Shown here in pieces: positions 44,044 to 54,326 of a DNA stretch of 64,000 nt. The DNA comes from Lachnospiraceae bacterium (GTDB taxonomy: Bacteria; Bacillota; Clostridia; Lachnospirales; Lachnospiraceae): NCBI GenBank assembly GCA_045546735.1, contig JAZQDJ010000120.1:42394-106393 (forward strand), given 5' to 3'. Position numbers and translations under genes: made by a program. How positions within the stretch are numbered: the stretch's first letter is position 1; every line of letters starts with the position of its first letter. The notes beneath the pieces are model-generated. The model did not search any database and was not told where the DNA came from. It saw nothing but the letters and a program-made list of their open reading frames with translations.

Positions 44044-47000
44044 ATGTACGAAAAAGTATCCACGAATCTGAATTTCGTAGAGAGAGAAAAAGAAACAGAA
44101 AAATTCTGGCGTGAAAATGACATTTTCCAAAAGAGTATGAAAGCAAGAGAAGGTTGCCCGACATACACATTTTATGACGGACCGCCGACTGCGAACGGAA
44201 AACCGCATATCGGTCACGTTTTGACACGTGTTATCAAAGATATGATTCCGAGATACAGAACAATGAAAGGTTACATGGTTCCGCGTAAAGCCGGATGGGA
44301 TACCCATGGCTTACCGGTTGAACTTGAGGTAGAAAAACTCGTCGGTATCGACGGAAAAGAGCAGATCGAAGCATACGGTCTTGATCCGTTTATCACAAAA
44401 TGTAAAGAAAGTGTTTGGAAATACAAAGGAATGTGGGAGGACTTCTCTCAGACAGTTGGTTTCTGGGCAGATATGGATGATCCGTATGTAACTTACGATG
44501 ATAATTTCATTGAGTCTGAGTGGTGGGCACTCAAAGAAATCTGGGACAAAGGATTGCTTTACAAAGGATTTAAAATCGTGCCTTATTGTCCGCGTTGCGG
44601 AACTCCGCTTTCTTCTCACGAGGTAGCACAGGGTTACAAGGCAGTAAAAGAGCGTTCCGCAGTGGTTCGTTTCAAAGTTGTCGGCGAAGATGCATATTTC
44701 CTCGCTTGGACAACAACACCTTGGACACTTCCGTCTAACGTGGCACTTTGTGTGAACCCGGATGAAACATATGTAAAAGTAAAAGCTGCAGATAACTATA
44801 CTTACTACATGGCAGAGGCACTTCTTGATAAGGTGCTCGGAAAACTTGCCGAGGAAGGCGAAAAGGCTTATGAAGTACTTGAAACATACAAAGGTACAGA
44901 CCTTGAGCGTAAAGAGTACGAGCCGCTTTTCAAGTGTGCAGGTGATGCAGCAGAAAAACAGGGCAAAAAAGGTCACTATGTGACATGCGATAATTACGTA
45001 ACAATGACAGACGGTACAGGTATCGTTCATATCGCTCCGGCGTTCGGTGAAGACGATGCCCAGGTCGGAAGAAAATACGACCTTCCGTTCGTTCAGTTCG
45101 TAAACGGAAAAGGTGAGATGACTGAGGAAACAGACTATGCAGGCATGTTTGTAAAAGATGCGGATAAACCAATCCTCATTGATCTTGAAAAAGAAGGAAA
45201 ACTTTTTGATGCTCCGAAATTTGAGCATGATTATCCGTTCTGCTGGAGATGTGATACTCCGCTTATCTATTATGCACGTGAGTCTTGGTTTATCAAGATG
45301 ACAGCAGTGCGTGATGACCTTGTACGCAACAATAAGACAGTAAACTGGATTCCGGAATCTATCGGGGAAGGACGTTTCGGAAACTGGCTTGAAAATATTC
45401 AGGACTGGGGTATTTCCCGTGACCGTTACTGGGGAACACCGCTTAATATCTGGCATTGTCAGGACTGCGGACATATGGAATCTATCGGCAGCCGTGAGCA
45501 GCTTGCACAGATGAGCGGCAATGATGCAGCTCTTACCGTAGAACTTCACAGACCGTACATTGATGAGATTACAATCACTTGTCCGGATTGCGGAAAAACG
45601 ATGAAACGTGTTCCGGAAGTTATCGACTGCAGGTTTGACTCAGGAGCGATGCCTTTCGCACAGCACCACTATCCTTTTGAGAACAAAGACTTGTTCGAGC
45701 AGCAGTTCCCGGCACAGTTTATCTCAGAGGCGGTTGACCAGACACGTGGATGGTTCTACTCACTTATGGCAGAGTCTACCCTTCTGTTTAACAAAGCTCC
45801 TTACGAGAACGTTATCGTTTTAGGTCACGTGCAGGATGAAAACGGACAGAAGATGAGTAAGTCCAAAGGTAATGCCGATGATCCGTTTGATGCACTTGAG
45901 CAGTACGGAGCAGATGCAATCCGTTGGTATTTCTACATCAACTCTGCACCATGGCTTCCGAACCGTTTCCACGGAAAGGCCGTGCAGGAAGGACAGCGTA
46001 AATTCATGGGTACTCTTTGGAACACATATGCGTTCTTCGTACTCTATGCAAATATTGATAACTTTGATGCAAGCAAATATACACTCGATTACGACAAGCT
46101 TCCGGTTATGGATAAGTGGTTGCTTTCTAAGTTAAACACACTTATCACAGAGGTAGATACAAACCTTGATAATTACCGTATTCCGGAGACAGCAAGAGCG
46201 CTTGATGAGTTTGTTGATGAGATGAGTAACTGGTACGTGCGCAGAAGCCGTGAGCGTTTCTGGGCAAAAGGAATGGAGCAGGATAAGATCAATGCATATA
46301 TGACACTTTACACAGCACTTGTGACAGTGGCAAAATGTGCAGCTCCGATGATTCCGTTCATGGCAGAAGATATTTACAGAAATCTTGTGTGCACAAACGA
46401 TGCATCTGCACCTGAAAGTGTACATTTATGTGACTTCCCGGTTGCAAATCCGGCTTATGTAGATAAACAGCTTGAGGAAGATATGGAAGCGGTTCTCAAG
46501 ATTGTTGTTATGGGTCGTGCCTGCAGAAATACAGCAAATATCAAGAACCGTCAGCCGATCGGAACAATGTTTGTAAAAGCTGAGAAAGCACTTTCTGAGT
46601 TCTATCAGGAGATTATCGAGGATGAACTGAATGTGAAGACAGTGAAGTTTACAGACGATGTCAGAGATTTCACAACTTACACATTTAAACCACAGCTTAA
46701 GACAGTCGGACCGAAATACGGAAAACAGCTCGGCGGTATTAAAAATTATCTTGCCGGTGTAGACGGAAATGAAGCTATGGATACATTGAATGCAGGTAAT
46801 GCGCTTGTATTCGATGTGGACGGTGTTTCCGTAGAGCTTTCTAAGGATGATCTCCTTATCGAGATGAGCCAGAAGGAAGGTTACATGTCTGAGGCAGACA
46901 ACACAGTAACAGTTGTACTTGATACAAACTTGTCAGAAGAGCTCATTGAGGAAGGTTTTGTATACGAAATCATCAGCAAGGTGCAGACAATGCGTAAAGA

Positions 47001-47199
47001 TTCCGGTTTTGAAGTGATGGATCACATCAAAGTAGGTATCAGCGGTAACGAAAAGGTTGCAGGAATTGCACTTGCAAATAAAGATATGATTTGCGGTAAA
47101 GTACTTGCAGATGAGCTTGCGGCAGAAGTAGTCTTTGCTAACAGTAAAGAGTGGAATGTCAACGGCGAAAAAGTTACTGTTTCTGTAGAGAAAATGTAA
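44044..47199 (+). CDS. ileS: isoleucine--tRNA ligase (type 2)
   Basis: Start is placed at MYEKVSTNLNF, after AGGAGG. Motifs are HIGH (PHIGHVLT) and KMSKS (KMSKSKGN). 1051 aa. Confidence 0.95.
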   Translation: MYEKVSTNLNFVEREKETEKFWRENDIFQKSMKAREGCPTYTFYDGPPTANGKPHIGHVLTRVIKDMIPRYRTMKGYMVPRKAGWDTHGLPVELEVEKLVGIDGKEQIEAYGLDPFITKCKESVWKYKGMWEDFSQTVGFWADMDDPYVTYDDNFIESEWWALKEIWDKGLLYKGFKIVPYCPRCGTPLSSHEVAQGYKAVKERSAVVRFKVVGEDAYFLAWTTTPWTLPSNVALCVNPDETYVKVKAADNYTYYMAEALLDKVLGKLAEEGEKAYEVLETYKGTDLERKEYEPLFKCAGDAAEKQGKKGHYVTCDNYVTMTDGTGIVHIAPAFGEDDAQVGRKYDLPFVQFVNGKGEMTEETDYAGMFVKDADKPILIDLEKEGKLFDAPKFEHDYPFCWRCDTPLIYYARESWFIKMTAVRDDLVRNNKTVNWIPESIGEGRFGNWLENIQDWGISRDRYWGTPLNIWHCQDCGHMESIGSREQLAQMSGNDAALTVELHRPYIDEITITCPDCGKTMKRVPEVIDCRFDSGAMPFAQHHYPFENKDLFEQQFPAQFISEAVDQTRGWFYSLMAESTLLFNKAPYENVIVLGHVQDENGQKMSKSKGNADDPFDALEQYGADAIRWYFYINSAPWLPNRFHGKAVQEGQRKFMGTLWNTYAFFVLYANIDNFDASKYTLDYDKLPVMDKWLLSKLNTLITEVDTNLDNYRIPETARALDEFVDEMSNWYVRRSRERFWAKGMEQDKINAYMTLYTALVTVAKCAAPMIPFMAEDIYRNLVCTNDASAPESVHLCDFPVANPAYVDKQLEEDMEAVLKIVVMGRACRNTANIKNRQPIGTMFVKAEKALSEFYQEIIEDELNVKTVKFTDDVRDFTTYTFKPQLKTVGPKYGKQLGGIKNYLAGVDGNEAMDTLNAGNALVFDVDGVSVELSKDDLLIEMSQKEGYMSEADNTVTVVLDTNLSEELIEEGFVYEIISKVQTMRKDSGFEVMDHIKVGISGNEKVAGIALANKDMICGKVLADELAAEVVFANSKEWNVNGEKVTVSVEKM

Positions 47200-47216
47200 G
47201 ATTACAAGATGATTTA

Positions 47217-47254
47217 AACAGGCATATCAGATGACAGGGGTATGCCTGTTTTTC
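47217..47254 (+). terminator. intrinsic terminator of ileS
   Basis: 10-bp stem AACAGGCATA/TATGCCTGTT followed by a T-run. Confidence 0.75.
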
Positions 47255-47278
47255 ATAAAAACTTATGAGGATTTATAT

Positions 47279-47956
47279 ATGTGGAGTAAGCAATTGCTTC
47301 TTTTCGGGCAAAATACGTTAGCTTCAGCTTACGGTCTTATTTTCATGGCAGCAGCAATCTTTTTTTTCCGGATGTATAAAGGAGATTTATTTGATTATTA
47401 TGTCAAAAAAGGAATGGCTTTTTTGGGGACGCTGTTTTTGGTTTCCTGGGCTGTGCTTGCATCGCAAATCGGTTTTTCGGTTTCGTTTACATATGCAAAG
47501 GACGTAATTCTCGGTTTTCTCCTCCGTACGGTTCATCCGGATTTATGGATTATATATTCTCTGTTTGGCTTTTTCCTTGTAGCTCCATTTTTAAAAAAGA
47601 TGGCAGAAGGACTTTCGCAGAAAGAGAAAAAGTGGCTGCTCGGAGTGCTTGTCGGGTATTTCGCATTTTTTACAGGAGGGGTTTTGCTCGACTATAAAAT
47701 TATGTTGTATGGATATCCGTTTTTAAACTGGATTACATATGCTCTTTCCGGTTACCTTGTGCTTACGATTGATTGGACAAAGGTGCAGATACGCGGTATT
47801 TATATTGCCGGAATTCTGGCATTCATTGTTTCGACGGTGGAAGCACTTTGTTTTCCGGGCGTAAACTGGAGTTTGGATACCATCTGCCTGTCAAGAGTAC
47901 TGATCTGCCTCGCGATTTTCCTGTGGGTAGGGAAAAGGAGGTGGAAGCATGTCTGA
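47279..47956 (+). CDS. acyltransferase-3 family paralogue lacking the N-terminal third (possible gene remnant)
   Basis: Aligns to residues about 110-330 of the next gene (…LVAPFLKKMAEGLSQKEKKWLL… vs …LVVPFLSVMLRKMTEKEKDVFL…). The region upstream of M17 is occupied by the ileS terminator. Confidence 0.5.
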   Translation: MWSKQLLLFGQNTLASAYGLIFMAAAIFFFRMYKGDLFDYYVKKGMAFLGTLFLVSWAVLASQIGFSVSFTYAKDVILGFLLRTVHPDLWIIYSLFGFFLVAPFLKKMAEGLSQKEKKWLLGVLVGYFAFFTGGVLLDYKIMLYGYPFLNWITYALSGYLVLTIDWTKVQIRGIYIAGILAFIVSTVEALCFPGVNWSLDTICLSRVLICLAIFLWVGKRRWKHV

Positions 47957-48953
47957 GAAAAAAGATTATAAAGCTTCTTACGGACTTCTTCGGATTGTTG
48001 CATGTATGACGGTGATTGTGCATCATGTGCTCTCTGCTGTGTACGGGGATTTAACAAAAACACAGCTTCCGCTTTTGATTGACAATTTACTAATGTGCAA
48101 CAACGGACTCTTTTTTATGATGAGCGGAAAGTTTGCCTTAGAGAACTACAAAGGTGATATAGGGACTTATTACAAAAAGAAAATTACAACGATTGTGATA
48201 CCGGTATTTATCTTGTCTGTTTTTTATTACATTTGGTATAACGGGACCGGTGTTATTGATTTTCTTCGGGCATTTATGGCGAATGAAATCGTGGAGTATT
48301 TTTGGTTTGTGACAACGCTTTTGGGATTTTATCTTGTTGTACCGTTCCTTTCGGTGATGCTTCGTAAGATGACGGAAAAAGAGAAAGACGTATTTTTGTT
48401 GTTACTTTTTGTTGTTGTAGGATTAAACAATTTTGGTGAGATAGCAGGCTATGATCTTCGTGTGGAAGGTTACCCTTTTGCAACGTATATTCTGTTTTGC
48501 CTGCTGGGATTTTTTGCCGACAACAGCAGCATGAAAAAGCATGTGAAAGCATATTTGGTACTCGGAATAATTTCGGCGGTTGTATCGTGCTGGGAGTGCG
48601 TAAGACAGATGAATCCGTCGATTTACGGTATCTGTCTGACCAGAATATTCATGTGTATCGCGATTTTTTATGCGGTAAGCGTGCATTTGGCACATTTTTC
48701 AAAAATTTGTCAAAGACCGATAGTTTTTTTGGCAAAATACACTTTTTATATTTATTTGTTCCATGGATTTGCGCAGGAAATGGTGCTTTCTTGGACAATT
48801 GGTATATACAACGGGCAAAATCAAGCATTCTATTGTGTAATTTGCAGTTTGCTTGTATTGGTTCTATCCCTCGTGTTATCTATAATTTTTCAAAGTATTC
48901 TTTCTTTTTTGGGAAGATTATTGTATAATTGCACGTGGATAAAAAATGAATAA
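47949..48953 (+). CDS. acyltransferase family protein (acyltransferase_3, O-acyltransferase type)
   Basis: 334 aa, polytopic. The N-terminal conserved block is YGLLRIVACMTVIVHHV. Confidence 0.75.
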   Translation: MSEKKDYKASYGLLRIVACMTVIVHHVLSAVYGDLTKTQLPLLIDNLLMCNNGLFFMMSGKFALENYKGDIGTYYKKKITTIVIPVFILSVFYYIWYNGTGVIDFLRAFMANEIVEYFWFVTTLLGFYLVVPFLSVMLRKMTEKEKDVFLLLLFVVVGLNNFGEIAGYDLRVEGYPFATYILFCLLGFFADNSSMKKHVKAYLVLGIISAVVSCWECVRQMNPSIYGICLTRIFMCIAIFYAVSVHLAHFSKICQRPIVFLAKYTFYIYLFHGFAQEMVLSWTIGIYNGQNQAFYCVICSLLVLVLSLVLSIIFQSILSFLGRLLYNCTWIKNE

Positions 48954-48981
48954 AAATATACAAAAAATGAGGAGAAAAGAA

Positions 48982-51489
48982 ATGGCAGCAAAGAAAACAA
49001 CAGTACCCGTTTCACCAACGTTTGACAAAGAACTTTTCAAACGAAGCGTTCTTTACAATGTGAGAACTTTATACCGAAAAACGATGGAAGAAGCTACTCC
49101 GCAGCAGATTTTCCAGGCAGTTTCTTATGCGGTAAAAGATCAGATCGTTGAAAACTGGATGGAAACACAGAAACAGTATGAGAAAAAAGATGTTAAAACA
49201 GTTTACTATTTGTCAATGGAATTTTTGATGGGCCGTGCTCTCGGAAATAACTTGATCAATATGCAGGCATTTGCTCAGGCAAAAGAAGCGCTTGAAGAGC
49301 TCGGCGTTGATATCAACGTTGTAGAAGATCAGGAACCGGATGCAGCTCTCGGTAACGGCGGTCTCGGAAGACTTGCTGCTTGTTTCCTTGATTCTCTTGC
49401 ATCTTTAGGATATGCAGCATACGGTTGTGGTATTCGTTACCGCTATGGTATGTTCAAACAGGAAATCAGAGACGGTTATCAGGTTGAGGTACCGGATAAC
49501 TGGTTAGCAGATGGTAACCCATTTGAACTTCGTCGTCCGGAATATGCAAAAGAAGTTAAATTCGGCGGATATGTTTCTATCTACCAGGACGAAAACGGAC
49601 GTAACAACTTCAAACAGGAAGGTTACCAGTCAGTAACTGCTATTCCGTATGATGTTCCGATTGTAGGTTACGGTAACAACATCGTAAATACACTTCGTAT
49701 TTGGGATGCGCAGCCGGTACAGTGTTTCCAGCTTGATTCTTTCGACAAAGGTGATTACCAGAAAGCGGTAGAGCAGGAAAACCTTGCACGCAATATCGTA
49801 GAAGTTCTCTATCCGAACGATAACCACTATGCAGGTAAAGAGCTTCGTTTAAAACAGCAGTATTTCTTTATTTCTGCATCTGTTCAGGAAGCAGTTGCAA
49901 AATACATGAGAAATCATGATGATATCCGTAAGTTCCATGAAAAAGTAACATTCCAGCTCAACGATACACATCCGACAGTTGCAGTTGCAGAGCTTATGAG
50001 AATTCTCATGGACGAGTACTACTTAACATGGGATGAAGCATGGGAAGTTACAACAAAGACTTGTGCATATACAAACCACACAATCATGGCAGAGGCGCTT
50101 GAGAAATGGCCGATCGAATTGTTCAGCCGCCTTCTTCCTCGTGTATACCAGATTGTGGAAGAGATTAACCGTCGTTTCGTTATGGAAATCGAAGCGAAAT
50201 ATCCGGGCAACCAGGATAAAGTACGCAAGATGGCAATCATCTATGACGGACAGGTTAAGATGGCTCACCTTGCAATCGCTGCAGGTTACAGCGTAAACGG
50301 TGTAGCAAGACTTCATACAGAAATCTTAAAGAATCAGGAATTAAAAGATTTCTATGAGATGATGCCTGAGAAATTCAACAACAAGACAAATGGTATCACA
50401 CAGCGTCGTTTCTTATTGCACGGAAATCCGCTTTTAGCTGAGTGGGTAACAGCGCATGTAGGTGCAGACTGGATTACAGACCTTGCTAAGATTAAGAAAC
50501 TTGCTGTTTATGCAAAAGATGAGCAGGCTCAGCAGGAGTTCATGAACATCAAATATCAGAACAAAGTTCGTCTTGCAGAGTACATCTTAGAGCACAACGG
50601 CGTAGAAGTAGATCCGCGTTCTATCTTCGACGTACAGGTTAAGAGATTACACGAGTACAAACGTCAGCTTTTAAATATTCTTCACGTTATGTACTTATAC
50701 AATGAAATTAAAGAGCATCCGGATATGGAATTCTATCCGAGAACATTCATCTTCGGTGCAAAGGCAGCAGCCGGATACAAGAATGCTAAGCTTACAATCA
50801 AGCTTATCAATGCAGTTGCAGATGTTATCAACAATGATGAGTCTATTAACGGCAAAATCAAAGTTGTATTTATTGAAAACTACCGTGTATCTAACGCAGA
50901 GCTTATCTTTGCAGCAGCAGATGTTTCCGAGCAGATTTCTACAGCTTCTAAAGAAGCGTCAGGAACAGGTAACATGAAGTTTATGTTAAACGGTGCTCTT
51001 ACCATCGGTACAATGGACGGAGCTAACGTGGAAATCGTTGAAGAAGTAGGTGCTGAGAACGCATTTATCTTCGGATTATCTTCTGACGAAGTTATTAATT
51101 TCGAGCAGCACGGCGGATACGATCCGATGGAAATCTTCAACAACGATGCAGATGTTCGTAAAGTGCTTATGCAGCTTATCAACGGAACATACTCACCGGA
51201 GAATCCGGAACTGTTCCGCGACCTTTACAACTCATTGCTTAACACGCTCAGCACATCCAAGGCTGACACATACTTCATCTTAAAAGACTTTAAGGCTTAT
51301 GCAGCAGCGCAGAAGAAAGTGGAAGAAGCTTACAAAGACGAAGCAGGTTGGGCAAAGAGTGCTATCTTAAACGTAGCTTGCTCAGGCAAATTTACATCTG
51401 ACAGAACAATTAAAGAGTATGTCGATGAAATCTGGAAGCTTGAGAAAGTAACTCTTCCGAAGAAGAGAGTGGCTAAGAAAGTAGAGTAA
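48982..51489 (+). CDS. glgP: glycogen/starch/alpha-glucan phosphorylase
   Basis: Start is placed at MAAKKTT, 7 nt after GAGGAG. The PLP site is EASGTGNMKFMLNGALTIGTMDGANVE. Confidence 0.95.
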   Translation: MAAKKTTVPVSPTFDKELFKRSVLYNVRTLYRKTMEEATPQQIFQAVSYAVKDQIVENWMETQKQYEKKDVKTVYYLSMEFLMGRALGNNLINMQAFAQAKEALEELGVDINVVEDQEPDAALGNGGLGRLAACFLDSLASLGYAAYGCGIRYRYGMFKQEIRDGYQVEVPDNWLADGNPFELRRPEYAKEVKFGGYVSIYQDENGRNNFKQEGYQSVTAIPYDVPIVGYGNNIVNTLRIWDAQPVQCFQLDSFDKGDYQKAVEQENLARNIVEVLYPNDNHYAGKELRLKQQYFFISASVQEAVAKYMRNHDDIRKFHEKVTFQLNDTHPTVAVAELMRILMDEYYLTWDEAWEVTTKTCAYTNHTIMAEALEKWPIELFSRLLPRVYQIVEEINRRFVMEIEAKYPGNQDKVRKMAIIYDGQVKMAHLAIAAGYSVNGVARLHTEILKNQELKDFYEMMPEKFNNKTNGITQRRFLLHGNPLLAEWVTAHVGADWITDLAKIKKLAVYAKDEQAQQEFMNIKYQNKVRLAEYILEHNGVEVDPRSIFDVQVKRLHEYKRQLLNILHVMYLYNEIKEHPDMEFYPRTFIFGAKAAAGYKNAKLTIKLINAVADVINNDESINGKIKVVFIENYRVSNAELIFAAADVSEQISTASKEASGTGNMKFMLNGALTIGTMDGANVEIVEEVGAENAFIFGLSSDEVINFEQHGGYDPMEIFNNDADVRKVLMQLINGTYSPENPELFRDLYNSLLNTLSTSKADTYFILKDFKAYAAAQKKVEEAYKDEAGWAKSAILNVACSGKFTSDRTIKEYVDEIWKLEKVTLPKKRVAKKVE

Positions 51490-51494
51490 AAGTA

Positions 51495-52199
51495 ATGGAT
51501 AATAGAATTAATATCGTTTTGCGAGTAATAGGATATTTTCTTATTTCAATGTCAATTTTTCTCTTTGTACTTCATATTGTCGGAGCAAACGGCATGAAGA
51601 ATGCAAAAGATTTGACACAGCTTACAGCTGCGGATATCAAAACCGGATTGTTTGTAAAGGGAGATATCGTGGAATCCGGAGGGATATATGCGTCAAAGGA
51701 AATTACCGTAGATGGTATGGTAACTGATTCGTGGAATTATTATGTGATTTCTTTCGGTGAAAATTATGACAGGTATATGGGATTTTTCACGATGTTAGTA
51801 CAGGACGAGATGGAAAAGTTGACGGAGGAGACTGCGGCTTATTATGATGGTCAGAGCAGTCAAATTTCAACAACCGTACCGATGACTGGTCTTGTTCTTC
51901 CGATTGCAGGACAGTTTAATACTTATTACCATATTTTTATGGAGCCGGTACCGCAGGAGATGTATGTGGATTATTATATAACACATATTGACAGCGCAAT
52001 GATTCAGAGGCTGTTGATTTTCGGATGTGTTGTGCTTCCGATAGGAATGATTCTTGCAGTTATTGCGGTTTTCGGGGAGAAGAAGCTCCTGGGAGAGGAA
52101 TATGACGAGAAGAAAAAACAGAGATTTGTTATAAAGACAATCATGTTTTGGGCAGAGATGCTGGTCACATTTGTTATGGCGATAGTGGCGTTTTTCTAA
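51495..52199 (+). CDS. hypothetical membrane protein
   Basis: 234 aa with an N-terminal TM helix and two C-terminal TM helices. It starts 6 nt after glgP. Confidence 0.55.
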   Translation: MDNRINIVLRVIGYFLISMSIFLFVLHIVGANGMKNAKDLTQLTAADIKTGLFVKGDIVESGGIYASKEITVDGMVTDSWNYYVISFGENYDRYMGFFTMLVQDEMEKLTEETAAYYDGQSSQISTTVPMTGLVLPIAGQFNTYYHIFMEPVPQEMYVDYYITHIDSAMIQRLLIFGCVVLPIGMILAVIAVFGEKKLLGEEYDEKKKQRFVIKTIMFWAEMLVTFVMAIVAFF

Positions 52200-52210
52200 A
52201 AAATTTATTT

Positions 52211-52246
52211 AGCGTAGCAGTTTTCATGGCTGCTACGCTGTTTTTA
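52211..52246 (+). terminator. intrinsic terminator
   Basis: 10-bp stem AGCGTAGCAG/CTGCTACGCT followed by GTTTTT. Confidence 0.75.
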
Positions 52247-52269
52247 TGCGTTTTTCAATCTAATACACG

Positions 52270-52300
52270 AAAAAAAGGAACTCCCCACAAGGAAGTTCCT
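52270..52300 (-). terminator. intrinsic terminator of the tandem DegV genes
   Basis: Stem AGGAACTCC/GGAAGTTCCT. The A7 run on the + strand gives a T-run on the - strand. Confidence 0.7.
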
Positions 52301-52312
52301 TCAAAAATCAAT

Positions 52313-53200
52313 TTAATCTACTCTTTCATCTCCCCAGAAGAACAGAACTACAGTTCCCGGACCGGTATGACTTCCGATAACGGTACCGATATTGTTAATC
52401 TGTACTTTGCCGTTCATTTTCGGGAAAGCAGCTTCTACAATGTCTGCAAGAGCTTTTGCGTCGTCGTAGCAGGCAGCGTGTGCAATATAGCATTTTTCGC
52501 TGTAATTTTCTCTGTCCTGTGCAAGTTCTTTCATCTTGTCGGCAACAGCCTGAAGAACTTTTTTCTTTGTGCGGACCTTCATACGAGGAATCAGTTTTCC
52601 TTCCACATTTAAATTAATAACCGGACAAATACTGAGCATATTGCCTACAAATCCTGAAGTTTTGGAAACACGTCCGCCTCTTACAAGATATTTTAAATCA
52701 GTTGCAAATATCCATGTATGCATTTTCAGTTTATTGTCTTCTGCCCATTTGGCAAGGGTATCGATATCCATGCCCTCATCACGCAGGTCAGCAAGCTTGT
52801 CCATAAAAAGTCCGTAACCGGAACATGCATTAAATGAATCAAGAACAATGATTTTGCGATCCGGATACTTTTCTGCAAGCACATTACGTGCAACACAAGC
52901 AGAGTTGTAAACACCGGAAATACCGGAAGCAAGCGAAAGATGAAGGATATCTTTGCCATCTTCTAAAAACGGAGTGAAATATTCGATAAACTCATCAACA
53001 TTGACCTGTGATGTCTTTGTGTCAGCACCGTTTTCCATCGCTTTGTAGAAATCATCAAACGAAATGCTCTTTCCGAGATCGTCCGGATATACTTTGTCAT
53101 CTAATTGAAAATGAAAGCAGACATAGTGAATGTCTCTAGCATCAAACTGCTCCTGCGTTAAGTCTGCGGTGGAGCAGCAGCTTAAAATGTAGTTACTCAT
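52313..53200 (-). CDS. DegV family protein (MSNYILSCCSTADL subfamily), tandem copy 2
   Basis: 295 aa with LVRGGRVSKTSGFVGNMLSICP. It is colinear with the next gene. Confidence 0.85.
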   Translation of the reverse strand: MSNYILSCCSTADLTQEQFDARDIHYVCFHFQLDDKVYPDDLGKSISFDDFYKAMENGADTKTSQVNVDEFIEYFTPFLEDGKDILHLSLASGISGVYNSACVARNVLAEKYPDRKIIVLDSFNACSGYGLFMDKLADLRDEGMDIDTLAKWAEDNKLKMHTWIFATDLKYLVRGGRVSKTSGFVGNMLSICPVINLNVEGKLIPRMKVRTKKKVLQAVADKMKELAQDRENYSEKCYIAHAACYDDAKALADIVEAAFPKMNGKVQINNIGTVIGSHTGPGTVVLFFWGDERVD

Positions 53201-53242
53201 AAGAATTCAGCCTTTCTATGTGTAAAAATAATGGATTATGGA

Positions 53243-54130
53243 TTAGTTGACTCTTTTATCTCCCCAGAAAAAGAGTGCTACGGTGCCCGGACCGGTATGG
53301 CTTCCGATTACGGTACCGATGGAATAAATTTCAACTTTTCCGTCAAGATTAGGAAAAGTTTCTTCGATAATGTCTGCTACAGCTTTTGCATCTTCATAGC
53401 AGGCAGAATGGGAAATATAACATTTTCCGTTATAGTCTGTGCCGTTTTGGGCATGTTCAATCATCTTGTCTGCAATGGCACGGATGACTTTTTTCTTTGT
53501 CCGGATTTTGTAACGTGGAATTAGCTTTCCTTCAAAGGAAACATTTAAAAGCGGACAAATGCTGAGCATATTTCCGACAAAGCCGGAGGTTTTGGAAACA
53601 CGGCCGCCTTTGACAAAGAACGTCAAATCAGAAGAGAAGAACCAGTGATGAAGCTCCAGCAAATGTTCATTTGTCCATGCTGCAAGAGAATCAATGTCCA
53701 TTCCTTCGTCGCGTAAATCTGCAAGCTTATCCATAAGAAGGCCGTAGCCGGAAGCAGCAGCTAACGAATCGATGATATAAATTTTACGCTCCGGATATTT
53801 TTCGGAGAGTTCTTCGCCGGCAAGACGGGCAGAGTTGTATACACCTGAAATACCGGAAGAAAGCGTGAGGTGCAAAATATCTTTTCCCTCTTTTAAGAAG
53901 CTTTCGAAGTATTCCGTAAATTCTTCTGTGTTTACCTGAGAAGTCTTCGTGTCAGCACCGTCGGTCATAGCCTGATAAAAATCGGAAAAAGAAATGCTTT
54001 TTCCCAGGTCATCCGGATACTGTTTCCCATCTAATTCGAAATGAAAACAAATATAATGGATGTCTCTGCGCTTAAACTGTTCATTTGTAAGGTCTGCTGT
54101 AGAGCAGCAACTTAAAATGTAGTTACTCAT
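53243..54130 (-). CDS. DegV family protein (MSNYILSCCSTADL subfamily), tandem copy 1
   Basis: 295 aa with the same N-terminus and length as the 52313 gene. Confidence 0.85.
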   Translation of the reverse strand: MSNYILSCCSTADLTNEQFKRRDIHYICFHFELDGKQYPDDLGKSISFSDFYQAMTDGADTKTSQVNTEEFTEYFESFLKEGKDILHLTLSSGISGVYNSARLAGEELSEKYPERKIYIIDSLAAASGYGLLMDKLADLRDEGMDIDSLAAWTNEHLLELHHWFFSSDLTFFVKGGRVSKTSGFVGNMLSICPLLNVSFEGKLIPRYKIRTKKKVIRAIADKMIEHAQNGTDYNGKCYISHSACYEDAKAVADIIEETFPNLDGKVEIYSIGTVIGSHTGPGTVALFFWGDKRVN

Positions 54131-54326
54131 AGTTCACTATCCTTTCTCTATAGGGCACACACAATTAGTTGTGGCCACAAACGCAACATGTAGTTTAAAA
54201 AACTATGTCACGTATCTATACTATAACTAAATTGCAATTTCGTCAATATAAAAGATTGCAGATAATGCGAATCCATGCTAAACTTTTATTCGGAAAAGAA
54301 AAGACGAAAGCGTTAAGGAGGACACT

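Noticed and set aside
44311-45549. 412-aa ORF on the minus strand inside ileS
   Set aside because: It is entirely antisense to a gene with unambiguous IleRS motifs. The product is Cys/Phe/Ile-rich with no recognisable domain or RBS. This is a typical shadow ORF created by the codon bias of the sense strand.
52148-53524. Plus-strand ORFs 52148-52612 and 53231-53524, which resemble each other
   Set aside because: Their mutual similarity only reflects being antisense to the two paralogous DegV genes. Neither has a start context or a domain.
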